Shown here: positions 23,071-34,838 of the stretch, one piece after another | Layout: each line of letters begins with the position of its first letter | Numbering within the stretch: position 1 is the first letter of the stretch | NCBI GenBank assembly: GCA_028023455.1 | Contig: JAQFVV010000006.1 | Coordinates: 9,982,001 to 10,046,000 of the forward strand | Reading direction: 5' to 3' | Length of the DNA: 64,000 nt | From: Epiperipatus broadwayi | Lineage: Eukaryota; Animalia; Onychophora | Program-made: the position numbers and the translations under genes | The notes under the pieces: model-generated | Seen by the model: only the letters and a program-made list of their open reading frames with translations | What the model was told of the DNA's origin: nothing | Database searches by the model: none

Positions 23071-25377
23071 CTGTTTTTTTTTTACTCAGTTGAAGGCAAG
23101 TATTATCTTGTCGAAGCATGGTATATTTCCTTTAAAATATTAAACACAGTTGTTCTTGTAGAAATTATATATATATTGTGCTCTTTTCTATAGGTCAATG
23201 ATGGTTATAAATGGTCAATTACTAAAAAATTTTAAAATTAATATTATATAGTATTTAAAATTATAGATTATATTAAGCAGTAAAAGATTAATATGATATA
23301 TTTAATAATAAATATTGTGATGGTGAGAATTGTATCTAATTCTATATTTTTCTAAATTGTTTTTCAAAATTTTATATAATTATTTTATATAATATAAGTA
23401 GCAAATTTATTAAGACAGATAAAAATAGACTAAACACCGGAAATGACTACGTGACTGTCTGAAATATTCTATGTATAAGCACCGGTTTAAATTAATACTA
23501 ATAATTAAAATATTTAAATAGTATATTATAGAAGTGGATGGAATTGTCACACATCATAATAAAAATAAGTAGTATACACCTTTATTAATTATTGTTTCAA
23601 AATTGTTTTAAAGGTAGTTAAATTGTAATAGATAATAATTGATTTAAAAATAATAATGAGTTAACATTTAAGTCTATTACGTCATGATTTTAAAACTTTA
23701 GAAATTGTTTATAAATCCAAGTAGGGATTGACCAATAAAAAATAGATCTTGGCAGACAACCAAAATCGCGCCAACTAATTGTATAAACAGGGGAGAACAA
23801 AAATGTGTTGACTCCAGAGCAGAGGTAAAATTTTAAGCTCTCTAAATTTTTTTTTTCTTCAATTTATTAGTCAATTTTATTATAATTTTAATAATATCTT
23901 TGAAAGAAACCAACTGACAATTTAAAAATCATCCGAAGAGAATCTTAGAATAAAATGTTTTTTTAAAAAAAGTTTTTCATAGTAATGTTTCACTAACTTT
24001 ACAGTAACCTGCCAGTGGATTCTATCGAAATATAATCGGAGTTTTCAATAGAAAATGGATAGATTCTTAAAACCAAGTTGTAAATTTTATAATGTTCCAA
24101 ATATGTTAATATTATTCGTTGATATAGTTTATATAGCGTATCACTATGAAAGCTGTTTTCGTGCGTATAAAATCAATGAAAGGACATTGTGCGCAAAGTT
24201 AATGAAGATAATGGAAAATAAAAATAAGTATTATTCGTATAAGAATAAATGGACAAAAGGAATTTTAATATTGAAATAGTTTGAATTGCTTTCTTTAAGA
24301 TGACTTGAGAAAATACTCTAGAAAATAGTTAAAGATCGGAAGTAGTGTATATAAAATAATAATGAATGAAAGTGAAGTTTACCAAGGAAAACACTTACCT
24401 AAAGAAAAAAAAAAAATTTTACAGAAGAGAAATATAAAATATTGGATCCATGGAAAACGCAATTGGTACCGTAATTATTAAATAATTGTAGTTTAGCTAG
24501 AAATAAAGATGCATCAACGCGCCGAGGTAATATTCGCCAGAACATTAAAAAGCTTCGTGGGATAACTAAATAAAATGTTTTCTAATAATTTTGGATTAAA
24601 CACTAAAACTAAAGATCGTCTAAACAGTTTATTAAATGAACTAATTTATTTAAAACTTTAATAAGCATAAAGGAGAACATTCGGACAAAAGAAGAAATAA
24701 TAAATATTATGGGACTAACCAAGATATACCGTCAGAAAAATATGTGATTATGGTTTGAATTATTTTCTTTACTAATCTAAGTTAAACATTAAGTTTTAGA
24801 TAGCGATAGGGAAAACAAAATACATTAATTTGTAATATAACATTATATGAAATAATATGTTTTGATTTTGAATTTTAAAATAAAATTGTATGTATGTGGA
24901 AATTTGTATATTTGCGATGCTCAAAGAGAAAGAAACCTACTACGAACTCTGATAGGAAGATAAAGATTGTTTTTGGTAACATTTATAATTATTAATGATA
25001 TATAATGTATGTTTTATTTATTTAGATCAGCTGAGAATCGAATGAATGTAGCGCAAAAGTTTTATTGTTATTATTGTTGTAAAACGCATTTTTGAAAACA
25101 ACACTCTAAAACACTTTGAGATGTGATTAGATTTTTAAAAAATATGCATACGATAATCATTTTACGTGTTATTAATATAGTTCAATATAACCGATGGTTA
25201 TGTGATATTTTCTGTTAATTTTCCGATTGGGATATTTAAATGTTATTTTAACAAAACGTAGATGTTGAACCTACAGTGTAATAAAGCAAGACAAATTGTT
25301 CTTATGGAATAGGGAAATGTTTTTTATATTAGCGAATTTTGTTTATTGTTTTAAAAAAAGTAGTTAGTATTTTATCG

Positions 25378-25600
25378 ATGTTGGATACAGTAAAAATCTC
25401 GAGAGATAGTTTGGGTAGTGACTTGGTAGTACGTGGTGATTCGGAAACCAAGTGGATGTAATAAAAACTAGGATGCTACAGGGAATGAAATAATAAGTAG
25501 TTTTAGATGTTAATCAGCATAGTTAACAAAGCCCTACGACTGGTACACATGTTGTCTTGGACAGTGGTATTTTATATATTTCTTGTGAGTCATACTAGAT
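25378..25600 (+). pseudogene. Possible decayed Polinton/Maverick cysteine-protease remnant
   Basis: Frame-broken pieces MLDTVKISR..SDLVVRG and QSPTTGT / CCLGQWYFIYFL resemble adenain-like PRO N- and C-terminal motifs. Weak, by eye only. Confidence 0.35.
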
Positions 25601-27866
25601 GTTTGGTAAAGCTGAGTAAATAGCTGCCACATCATGCTTATCGCCAAGGTTATTAGACAATGAATGTCGGACCTATTCACACTGTTCCATACATTTTGAA
25701 GCATATTGCGGATAAGTTATCTATCTATCTTCCCGATATCCTATACATCTTTCGCTATCTTTATCTGTATTTCTTGCAACTACATCGTTATATGATAAGT
25801 CTATTAAAAGGGAAACAATAGATATTTTAGAATGTATGTCATGCTATTATTTGGAATAAGAATAGTTAAGTGTTAACGAAGAGTAGATTATGATTATTGA
25901 AAGAAAGATGCAAATATCCTAAGAAGGGAAGGAGTTAGAGAATTATTTTAATTCCTTTTAAGAAATGAACTATAATTTTATAAAAGTATATCCGAATAGA
26001 AATATAAAAAAAATATTAAATATAATTTCACGTTTTCTTATTGTTAATTATATTTTAAAAAATATAAGTATTGCATATTTAAAAAATACAATAACATTCG
26101 ATAATTATAGCATATGTGAAACTGTAACAGGTGATAATTAAACCCGTGTTATAGTATTATACATGAGTATGGCTTATGGAATAAACGTATTATAGTTTAC
26201 GAGCATTGGAGAACAAACGTTAAAAGTAATAATAATATTTGAATAATATGCGGAGTGACTTATATAAAGTTACAAGAAAATGTAATTTTCTTTTAAAAAC
26301 CATATTGATTGTAAAATTATGATGTTATAAATGATGTTTATCCACATAGATAATTTATAATACAGTAACTTTAATATTAAAAGGTAAAGAATGGTGTTAC
26401 CCATAAAATAGTTAAAATAAGTGATATGATAAACCTAATGAGAAATAAATAAATAATTTTTAAAAGGCATAATAAGTTTAATTAACGATAAAAGAAATAT
26501 AAATGTGTATAATTCAGCTATTTGTAGTGTAAAGAAAAATTAGGATATCCCTTGTAAATAGATGTAGATGGATTTGTTTGTTTTATTTATTTTTATTAAT
26601 GTTAATAAAATTTTAAAATTTGTTTATTAAAACTTGTGTCTGAGTTTTGTTTTCTCTACATCATTGCATGAATTCACAGGGTATTTTCACAACCATTAAA
26701 CTAAGCAGATGATTGTTTGCACAAAAGATAAATAGAGAAATATGTTTAATCTTAAATATTTATTGATGTTCTTATAATTAAATAATTATAAAATTGCATT
26801 GCGTTACTGGTCATCAATCCATTATCATAATATTTTGCTAAATTATATGCTATTAGTTGCCACTTGCTTTATTTATCAGATTATCTAAACACTGCCACTT
26901 ATTAATTTATTTTATTACTTAAAGATAAAAAAAGGGGATATTAGATTATTAACTAATTTATTACGGTTATAAATTTGCGATGAAAGAAAAGCTGTACTAG
27001 TTGGATTAAGCAATGAAGATTGTGATTATTATTGTTTTATTATTAATCTAATTTCAGAGTAGTAGATTATGACATAAAATCCCTTATCATATTTTGCTAC
27101 CATATGTTTATTAACATACGAATAAATTTAAGAACCTGAGATTATTTCATTTGAGCTAGATGATTACTATTATTATTATTAGAGATAAAAGATTAATACT
27201 TTAATTGTTAAATGAGTCTTAGTGATTAGAAGTTGCGGAAGTCACAAGAATACTATGTAGTTATTATGTGTAATGGTAGTATAAGGGGGGATAGTGTTCT
27301 TATGCCATTGAGGTGGTATCCTGTGGGATATTGTCTCAATGTAATCTACCTTGTCACCCGTATTTCCACTTCTAGTCTCATGAATTCCTGAATATTTATT
27401 TGAGTTAGTTTAAAACAGATCCTAAGTTAATTTTAAGAAACTTGAGCTAGTAAAGCATTTAATTGAATATTTCATTAATTATTAGAGCTAGAACCCGGTT
27501 AGGTGATTTTCACTATATTATATTTATTTTGGGGGAGGTGGAGATGCGGGAACGGGGCAGAATATATATAATAATTTCTTAAGTGGTCTGTTTTTTTCTC
27601 CTCGATTAGAGATAAGATTTATTAATCTGTTTTTGTATTATACATATTGTTAAATGCTAAATCGGAATATATTATTTACTACGATAGCATTTGCGATTTA
27701 AATAATTGCATAGAACATTATATATAATAATAAATAATCATAACTTAAATATTAGCAATTGAAATGGAAGCAGCTATATCTCCCACTGAGTTTTATGTAA
27801 ATATCACTTAACTATATTGATGCTTCCATACTTCCATTTTAGTCACATATTTAAATTATGATTATT

Positions 27867-28185
27867 AAATCAATAAAACATCACATGATCACCATTTCCT
27901 ATGCTTACACAAGCTGTTATTAGCAGTAGCAAACTCTCCAGACAGTAGTGCCATCCAGTGCAAGCTTTAGTAATTAATGGATACAGGAAAGTTTGTGCAT
28001 TAAATCTAGGTGCAGGCCTTCAGATCCAAGGTGGCTCACTAGTGAAAGTCACAAGCTAGAAACTAGTCTAGCGATATTGGATGAATGGGCACTAGATGGG
28101 GACTTTATGCACAAACCTTCCTGCATCCATTGATTATGAAAGCTTGCAATGGGTGGCACTAATGTCTGCAGAGTTTTCTACTGCT
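27867..28185. mobile_element. Family A HHR element, fold-back with 13-bp TSD
   Basis: TSD AATTATGATTATT at 27854-66 and 28186-98; inverted arms. Confidence 0.88.
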
Positions 28186-29019
28186 AATTATGATTATTTA
28201 TTGTTATATTTATTAAGCTGCTTTTCGTTTGATATTCGACGATTGTTAAAACTAAGTCTCAGTTTCGATCCTCTGAATATTTTAATCACGATTTCAGCAT
28301 TATTTGATCTGTTCATAAATTAAAATAATAAAGTTCACCCTATAATGTAAAACTATATCAAAAAACTAAGTTTATATAATGCAGAGCTAAAACATAAATT
28401 GGCATTGTACTATCTTTTCATAGTTGTTAGTATTTGCATAATTCAGTGAAAAGAATGGTTACTTCCTTTTCAATTACTTATATTACGTAATTTTGTGGAA
28501 GGAAATTACTTTTCACACATGTGCTACTAAATTGATATTAAATCGATGTCTACTCACCTGTCAACAAGTGTTTTAAAAGCATAAGTGATCCACTTATGTT
28601 TAGAACCTATTCTTATATAAATCAAATCTTATTGGACCATGCTTAAATCAGGGCTTGATCTCATTATGAACCTGATATTTCAATTGACAAATCATTTGCA
28701 CCTATTTACTTTATATATCACAGGGGAAAAAAGTTTTTTATTTTTAACCACCTGTGACTTTGAATCATATTAGTTTGAATATATGAAATAAATAATTTAG
28801 TGATTTATATATATATAATCTTGTGGAAGGAAATTACTCTCACTTATATTTTTAAAACACTTATTGACAGCGAGTTCTTGTAGATTTAATAGTGTTTGTG
28901 TGAAGAGTAATTTTCTTCCACAAGATTACATATATATAAATCTCCAAATTGTTTATTACTTATACCACATTATATATTATAAAAAAATAGAAAACATATC
29001 ACCTATTATATTTTCACAG

Positions 29020-29343
29020 AGGCGAAACTCTCCATACAGTTGTGCCACTCAGTGCAAGCCAGAATAGTCAATGAATACAGGAAGGTTTATGCATAAAAGC
29101 CATATCTAGTGCATACTCATCCAATATCTCCAGACTAGTTTCTAGCCTGTGGCTTTCATCAATGAGGAGTCTTAGATCAGGATCAAATGCAACCTTCCAG
29201 CAACCACCTTTTACCATATTAACTAACTATAAAGCTTTGAGTCCAAAATGAAAATGCCAATAATATTTTCAATTCAAGCTCATTAGCCTATATAGTTATT
29301 ATTCAGTTCATCATCCATATTTTTTGGTGATCATATGATGTTT
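29020..29343 (-). mobile_element. Family A HHR element, mostly antisense
   Basis: Similarity to family A; HHR-like motif on minus at about 29126-29167; ends with an inverted terminus ggtgatcatatgatgttt. Confidence 0.85.
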
Positions 29344-29452
29344 AGCTATAGTTTCAATATGCTACCTGTGTTTAAAAATCCAAGTCTGAATCACTCACCT
29401 TAGAAAAGACTTGGAGTTTTAAGCACAGACAGGATGCTTGAAACTGTAGCAA
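29343..29452. repeat. Small hairpin element
   Basis: gctatagtttcaa...ctgtgtttaaaaatccaagtct / agacttggagttttaagcacag...ttgaaactgtagc. Confidence 0.65.
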
Positions 29453-30007
29453 TTGGCTGTATTCTATTTATATATATATGAATTTTTTTCTTCAAATACT
29501 TCCTTGTTATTTTGATCCAACATACAAGTAAACAAATAAATTACAAAATTTCTCCAAATTTTTGTACAACTTGACTTTATTCCCAAATCAAATTACAAAA
29601 ATACACAATTATGTCAGTATTTCAGCTATTGATTATAGTCATTTTCAAGGGTGGATTTAAAATTCTGATTTACGCATGAGAATGACTATAATCTAATAGT
29701 TGAAAGTTGTAATATGATTGCATACTTTTGTGAGCTGCTTCAGAAATCAAGTTTCTTTTGCGAATTAAAAAGAAATATGTAGATCAGTGATATTTTCATC
29801 ATCCATCTGTTGGAGTATTGTTATTTTACATTTCTTAATGCAAAATGGTGAAAGATAGTCTCCATTTGCAGGGCACATAAGTAATGTAAGAAATATTTTT
29901 ACAATTGTCTACAGTTTTAAAATTATAAACAATTAATGCTTTGCATATAATACTAAATCATCCATGCACTTTTCTACTGTTACACAATGCTTTATTTACC
30001 ACCCTCT

Positions 30008-30046
30008 TTTATAGTTTCGATTGCCTCAGCAATCTTCTTCAGAACT
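30008..30046 (-). ncRNA. PLE-type hammerhead motif (family D)
   Basis: Minus: CUGAAGA-A-GAUUGC-UGAG-GCAAUC GAAAC UAUA; perfect 6-bp helix II. Confidence 0.65.
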
Positions 30047-31055
30047 TTTATATCTCCTAACTACTAAATTAATGCTTTGTGTAGATTTATATGTAAATGA
30101 TCAGTATGAACTTAAATAAATAATCATAGCAGTTGATGTGAAGGAAGTGCCTTATAATGTCAACCTACATATCTTGAAGCTATTGAGTGAATAATCTTCT
30201 CTACCATCATGTGAAGTAAAGTTTTGAAATAAAATGGTCACTTTGGTGGAACTTGCAAATGCAGAGCCCAAATATGATGCCCAGAACCCAAGTAAATGTT
30301 GGAGAGCTATAGTTTCAGTCAGTTGATCATATTGATATTGTTAGATTTAGGATTTACTCTTCTATTGTGGCACCATCAGCACAGAGTTTATATCGGCTAA
30401 TTTTCTAATTTGTTATCACTTCCTAAGTTCTCTAAGAGTCATAATTTTTCTTAGATACAAATTATAACTCAAGTTGGTACTTTGGTATTAGTCCTGCAAT
30501 GTAGGGGCGATAGGATGCCTTTTCATACCCAGAATGAATGTGTTAGCATTTCAAAAAAAACATTTTATATTTTCAAAAAATATTTATTTTCACAATTAGA
30601 TGGGACTTCTGTTAAACATATTTTTTAAAGTTTAAATTTTAATTTTGTTTTTATGTCTTTAGAAGCACTATTCTATGCATTAGTCTGTGCAGTTTAACAC
30701 AGTGGTAGACAGGAGAATGTCAATTGAACTTTGGTGCTCAAACACCATAACTTTCTAAGTTATTTGCTTTACCGTTACTTGTTTTACTGCTAACAGATTA
30801 AAATGATTGATTTTTTAAAAAATATATTGTTAACAATAAATGGCTGTTATTAGTAATACAATATAACATTTTTTTAAAGAATAACAGTGATAAGTGTGTG
30901 CATGCATGCACGTATATATAAATAATTAATTAATCACCACATAACTATAATAGTATTGAGTAATGTTAATGTTAATTTGCACTATCTTGCAATATTTGAA
31001 GAAGTGTGTAATGAAGTTAAATATTAAATAGATATTAATAAATTGTTAAATATAT

Positions 31056-31946
31056 ATAACCAGATATACCCAGCATTGTAAAGGTTATTGTTTTTGTAAT
31101 TGTTGTTTTAAGAAATTTTTTTGTAAAGATATAATGTAAATTAAACAAAAGATTTTGAATTTGAGACTTACATACTGGCATGAAAGGCTATTGTTTCGAT
31201 TTCTGTATGTTAACCAAAAATAAATGTAAATACGATACGATAGCATTTATTTTTTTTCCTCACTAAATATAACAATTCAAACATGAATTTATATACTGTA
31301 ATCACATTTTCTTCGCGATTTAAATATTATATCGCTGTAGTTTTAAAAGCCTATTTACTGATTTTTTTCCAAGCGTTTTTTATTAATGGCGGAAATACTT
31401 CGAATTACTTCCTTTTCATGAATGTAATAATACGCCAACCAAAACTAAACATAAATACAGGACTATAGCATTTACCCCCCCCCCCCAACTAAATATCATA
31501 TTTCAAATATGAATTTATGTACTGTAATCACATTTTCTTCGCGATTTAAATATTGTATCACTGTAGTTTTAAAAGCCCATTTACTGATTTTTTTTCCAAG
31601 CGTTTTTTATTAATGGCGGAAATACTTCGAATTACTACTTCTTTTGCATAAATGTAATAATACGCTAACCAAAACTAAATATAAATACTGGACTATAGCA
31701 TTTATTTTCCTCCTCACTAAATATCATATTTCAAACACGAATTTATATACTGTAATCACATTTTTTTCACAATTTAATACTATACCTTTGTTCTTAAAAG
31801 CGTTTACCGATTTATTTCTCATCATTTTTATTAATGGTGGAATTACTTCTTTTGCATAAATGTAGCAGTAATGAATTTGACATATGACATCAGATAAACA
31901 TTCATACATTCTGCAGCAGGGAAATTGGGAATTTTGTATATAAGAT
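31056..31946 (+). mobile_element. Helentron/DINE-1-like non-autonomous element with three internal repeats of about 228 bp
   Basis: 5' ataaccagatatacccagcattgtaaagg, units starting at 31241, 31466 and 31696, cagataaacattcatacattc microsatellite-like stretch, 3' ttttgtatataagat. Classification by resemblance only. Confidence 0.5.
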
Positions 31947-32135
31947 AATATATATGCAAAAATAAGAATAGGAAATATGATTTTGGATAATATAAAGATA
32001 ACTTAAGATCTCAAGGATGTTGTCTTTCTCTTACATCATTGAAATTGTATCTAGAAAATTTCCATAAAATATGGAAAAGGGAATGTGAAAAAATGAGAAT
32101 TCCTTTATATAATAATAAAACATTTTGTCATTTTT

Positions 32136-32239
32136 GTCAACGTTGGTGGTCGAGTGGTCAGCACAGCTGCCTTACAAGCAGTTGTCACGGGTCTGCGAGT
32201 TTGCTTCCCGGATGATGCTTTGACACATGAAAAAAAAAA
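32136..32239 (+). mobile_element. tRNA-Gly-derived short SINE, third copy
   Basis: Same head, TTACAAG loop and TGACACATG(A)n tail. Confidence 0.85.
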
Positions 32240-32334
32240 GCATTTTATATACTGTGCTATGATTATATAGTTCTCAGTCAGAATTGTGATTATTTGAGCT
32301 ATATGACTAGAAAATTAATAGTGGAATTCAGAAA

Positions 32335-32875
32335 GTAGGACATGGAAATAAATATAACAAATACAAAAAATATATATTGGATGAATATCATCAGGATACA
32401 GTATTGGAAGATGGACAATGGATTGAAAAATAAGAGAAATATAATCTCAGCATGAAAATGGCACAAAAGTAAATGGATGAAACTGTAAGAGTAAGAAATG
32501 TACAGAGAAGTAAGCCATCATGATATTAAATAGGATATTATGGGATTATAATATAGGAAATTATGGAAAGAGAAGTAATAATTACAGAAATGGATTATTG
32601 ATGAATATCAACAGAAAGAACAAAGAAAGAATGCATTAATAAAAAAGTTTAAAAAACAAATATTGAGCACATATAGTAAATAATATCAGAGTTAGGGTAA
32701 TTAGAATCATATGGCATGTAAGAATATTACACCAGATGCAAATAAAAAAACAAAAAGAGAACATCCGTAAAGAAATTGGAAAGAGAAAGTTGATAGAAAT
32801 TATAAATGGAAATTCAAATAAAGATTTATGGATGGATAATGAGGCATGGCATTTGGGAAGCAGAAAATGTCATAG
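32335..32875 (+). mobile_element. Highly degenerate non-LTR (RTE/RTEX-like) 3' fragment
   Basis: Purine-rich decayed coding sequence with remnants resembling YGHVR and AWxLGxRKC at the end. Confidence 0.45.
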
Positions 32876-32915
32876 TTTTATATATTGATAAGATGGAAAA
32901 AAATTGACCAATTTT

Positions 32916-32956
32916 GGCTGGACATGTTTCTGTCATAACTGATGTCATCAGCAACC
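32916..32956 (-). ncRNA. Type I hammerhead motif (family F)
   Basis: Minus: GGUUG CUGAUGA CAUCAGUUAUGACA GAAAC AUGUC CAGCC; 5-bp helix I, palindromic ACAUGU, GUC triplet. Confidence 0.7.
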
Positions 32957-33644
32957 TCCATAACGGCTAACATCATATCAAACAGCAATACAGTTTTTAT
33001 TTAATCTTTGCAACATTAAATTTTCTATCAAAGGTGAGTATAATTTAGTAATCAATCTGTTAAAGGTCCAACTTCTCCCTCTCTTATTTGAAAGAATAGT
33101 GATAACTCTCCATATTTGCAATATTTTATTTTTATAATTAAAGATTTTTTGTATGTCATATATTACAAATGAAAGACATGCTAAAAGTTAATATTTGAAC
33201 TTTGCAAAATTTTAATAAAGTTCTTCATTATATCAGTGACAGTTTTGATTATTGGATATAATCTCGTCTATTCATAAAAATTGAGAATGAAATATTTCTT
33301 ATTGGAATTACATTTTTTAAATAAAAATGAATTTTAGTTGAGTCATTGCAAAAAGTGAAAATATCTCTTCAAATAGAAAATTAATTTATTATTAAAATTT
33401 TGCAAATAATTTATTTATTGTCATTTATGAAAGACACTTTTAATAGCCAATAAAAACAGCTTCTGGTTTGCTGTAACTATGTTTTTACAATTTCTTTAAA
33501 ATAAATATTTTCAAATGAAATCTAATTGTAATTATGTAATTTTTTTGGTTTAAAATATTTTATAAATATATAGCATAAATAAGATTAAATATATAAATAA
33601 ATTATTGAAAATTATAATTTTTGTAAATACTAAAGCAAAACACA

Positions 33645-33800
33645 CATTCAGAATTGCTTTCAGCCCAAATAATCTCCCAATCAGAAGTCACATTTGTCTT
33701 CAGCCCAAATAATCTTCCAATCAGGACTTAGAATTGCCTTTAGTGCAAATAATCTAACAATCAGGACTCAGAATTATATTCAGGCCAAATCTATCAATCA
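33645..33800 (+). repeat. About four copies of a 40-bp tandem repeat
   Basis: Unit cagaattgc.ttcagcccaaataatct.ccaatcagga. Confidence 0.75.
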
Positions 33801-34185
33801 AACATTGTCAATTTGTTTCGAGATCTAAATAAGGCATTGTCTGCTTGCTTTTATATTCAAATTTTGTATGACATCTGTATGATAGTGACATCTTCAGACT
33901 TTTTTTTAAACTAATAATTTTAGTTAATGATTTTTAAATAAAAAATGTGTACTGGCTGACTAAGATTACAGGTACCCACAAAATAATGAAGAAAAGCCTA
34001 AATGATAGCAGTGTCATCTCACCACCCCAAAAATGTCTCAAAATTATGTCTTTGTAGCTACTAAATAAAAATATGTTAAGGATTTAATCAAATTGCTTCT
34101 AAATTATATTCAAAATTTAATAACAAATTGAGAAATAATTAAATACATATTACATTGCTGTTACTAAGGTGTGAATTAGTTTTCA

Positions 34186-34225
34186 GGCTGCTGATGATGT
34201 CAGTTGTTATAGAAACATGCCACAC
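34186..34225 (+). ncRNA. Degenerate hammerhead motif (family F)
   Basis: GGCUG CUGAUGA UGUCAGUUGUUAUA GAAAC AUG; inverted homolog of 32916-32956. Confidence 0.55.
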
Positions 34226-34838
34226 AGAGATTCATTATTTTTTTCATTGCACGTTGTTGCTTGAAAGATTATAAAATTTCTATAAATGATGTACATTAAA
34301 ATTAACATTATTCAATGTTGTTCTAATAAAAATGTATATATAGTGAAATATTTTATAAATGGGAATTCTATTTTTAAATTATTTAAAATTTTCAGTTATG
34401 ACATTTCAAAGACAAAACCAATCAAAACTAGTTATGCAGGCCGAGAGAATATTAGGATACTTACTGTTAGAACTAAATCAAATTAAATGCTGGCTACTTT
34501 TGATTAGTACATAAAACTTTACATGAGTTAATAGCTGGACAGCTTAGTTATGTAGGTTTGAGAGATCAAAGTATAACTAACTTTTCTTAATTCCCTTCCA
34601 CAGTGAATCATACATTATAATTCACATATTTTAATAGATGACATAGGTCGTAAAATATTGTATAAATGGGAATTTTCATTTTTAAATCTAATCTTTGATT
34701 AGTTTGTGTTCCAACAGTATATTACTATTCTCTCAATCTGCACAACTGGTTTTGATTGGTTGTTGCTTTTGAAATAATGTGACTGGAGATTTTAACTAGA
34801 TCTAACAGAATTCCTATTTATAAAAATTTTACTGGCTA

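Larger units (their letters stand above)
32900..34838. repeat. Family F cluster of inverted and partial copies (continues at 37752-38200)
   Basis: Motif tagtgaaatattttataaatgggaattc and its reverse complement recur at about 34340, 34655, 34805 and 38050. Confidence 0.6.

Noticed and set aside
33025-33040. Strong donor AAG|GTGAGT suggesting an extra SLC5A exon
   Set aside because: It lies in an antisense family F repeat; no upstream acceptor with an SGLT-like open frame was found.
33645-33800. Tandem CCAAT boxes as an intronic promoter
   Set aside because: Simple 40-bp tandem repeat with no TATA/Inr or downstream exon evidence.
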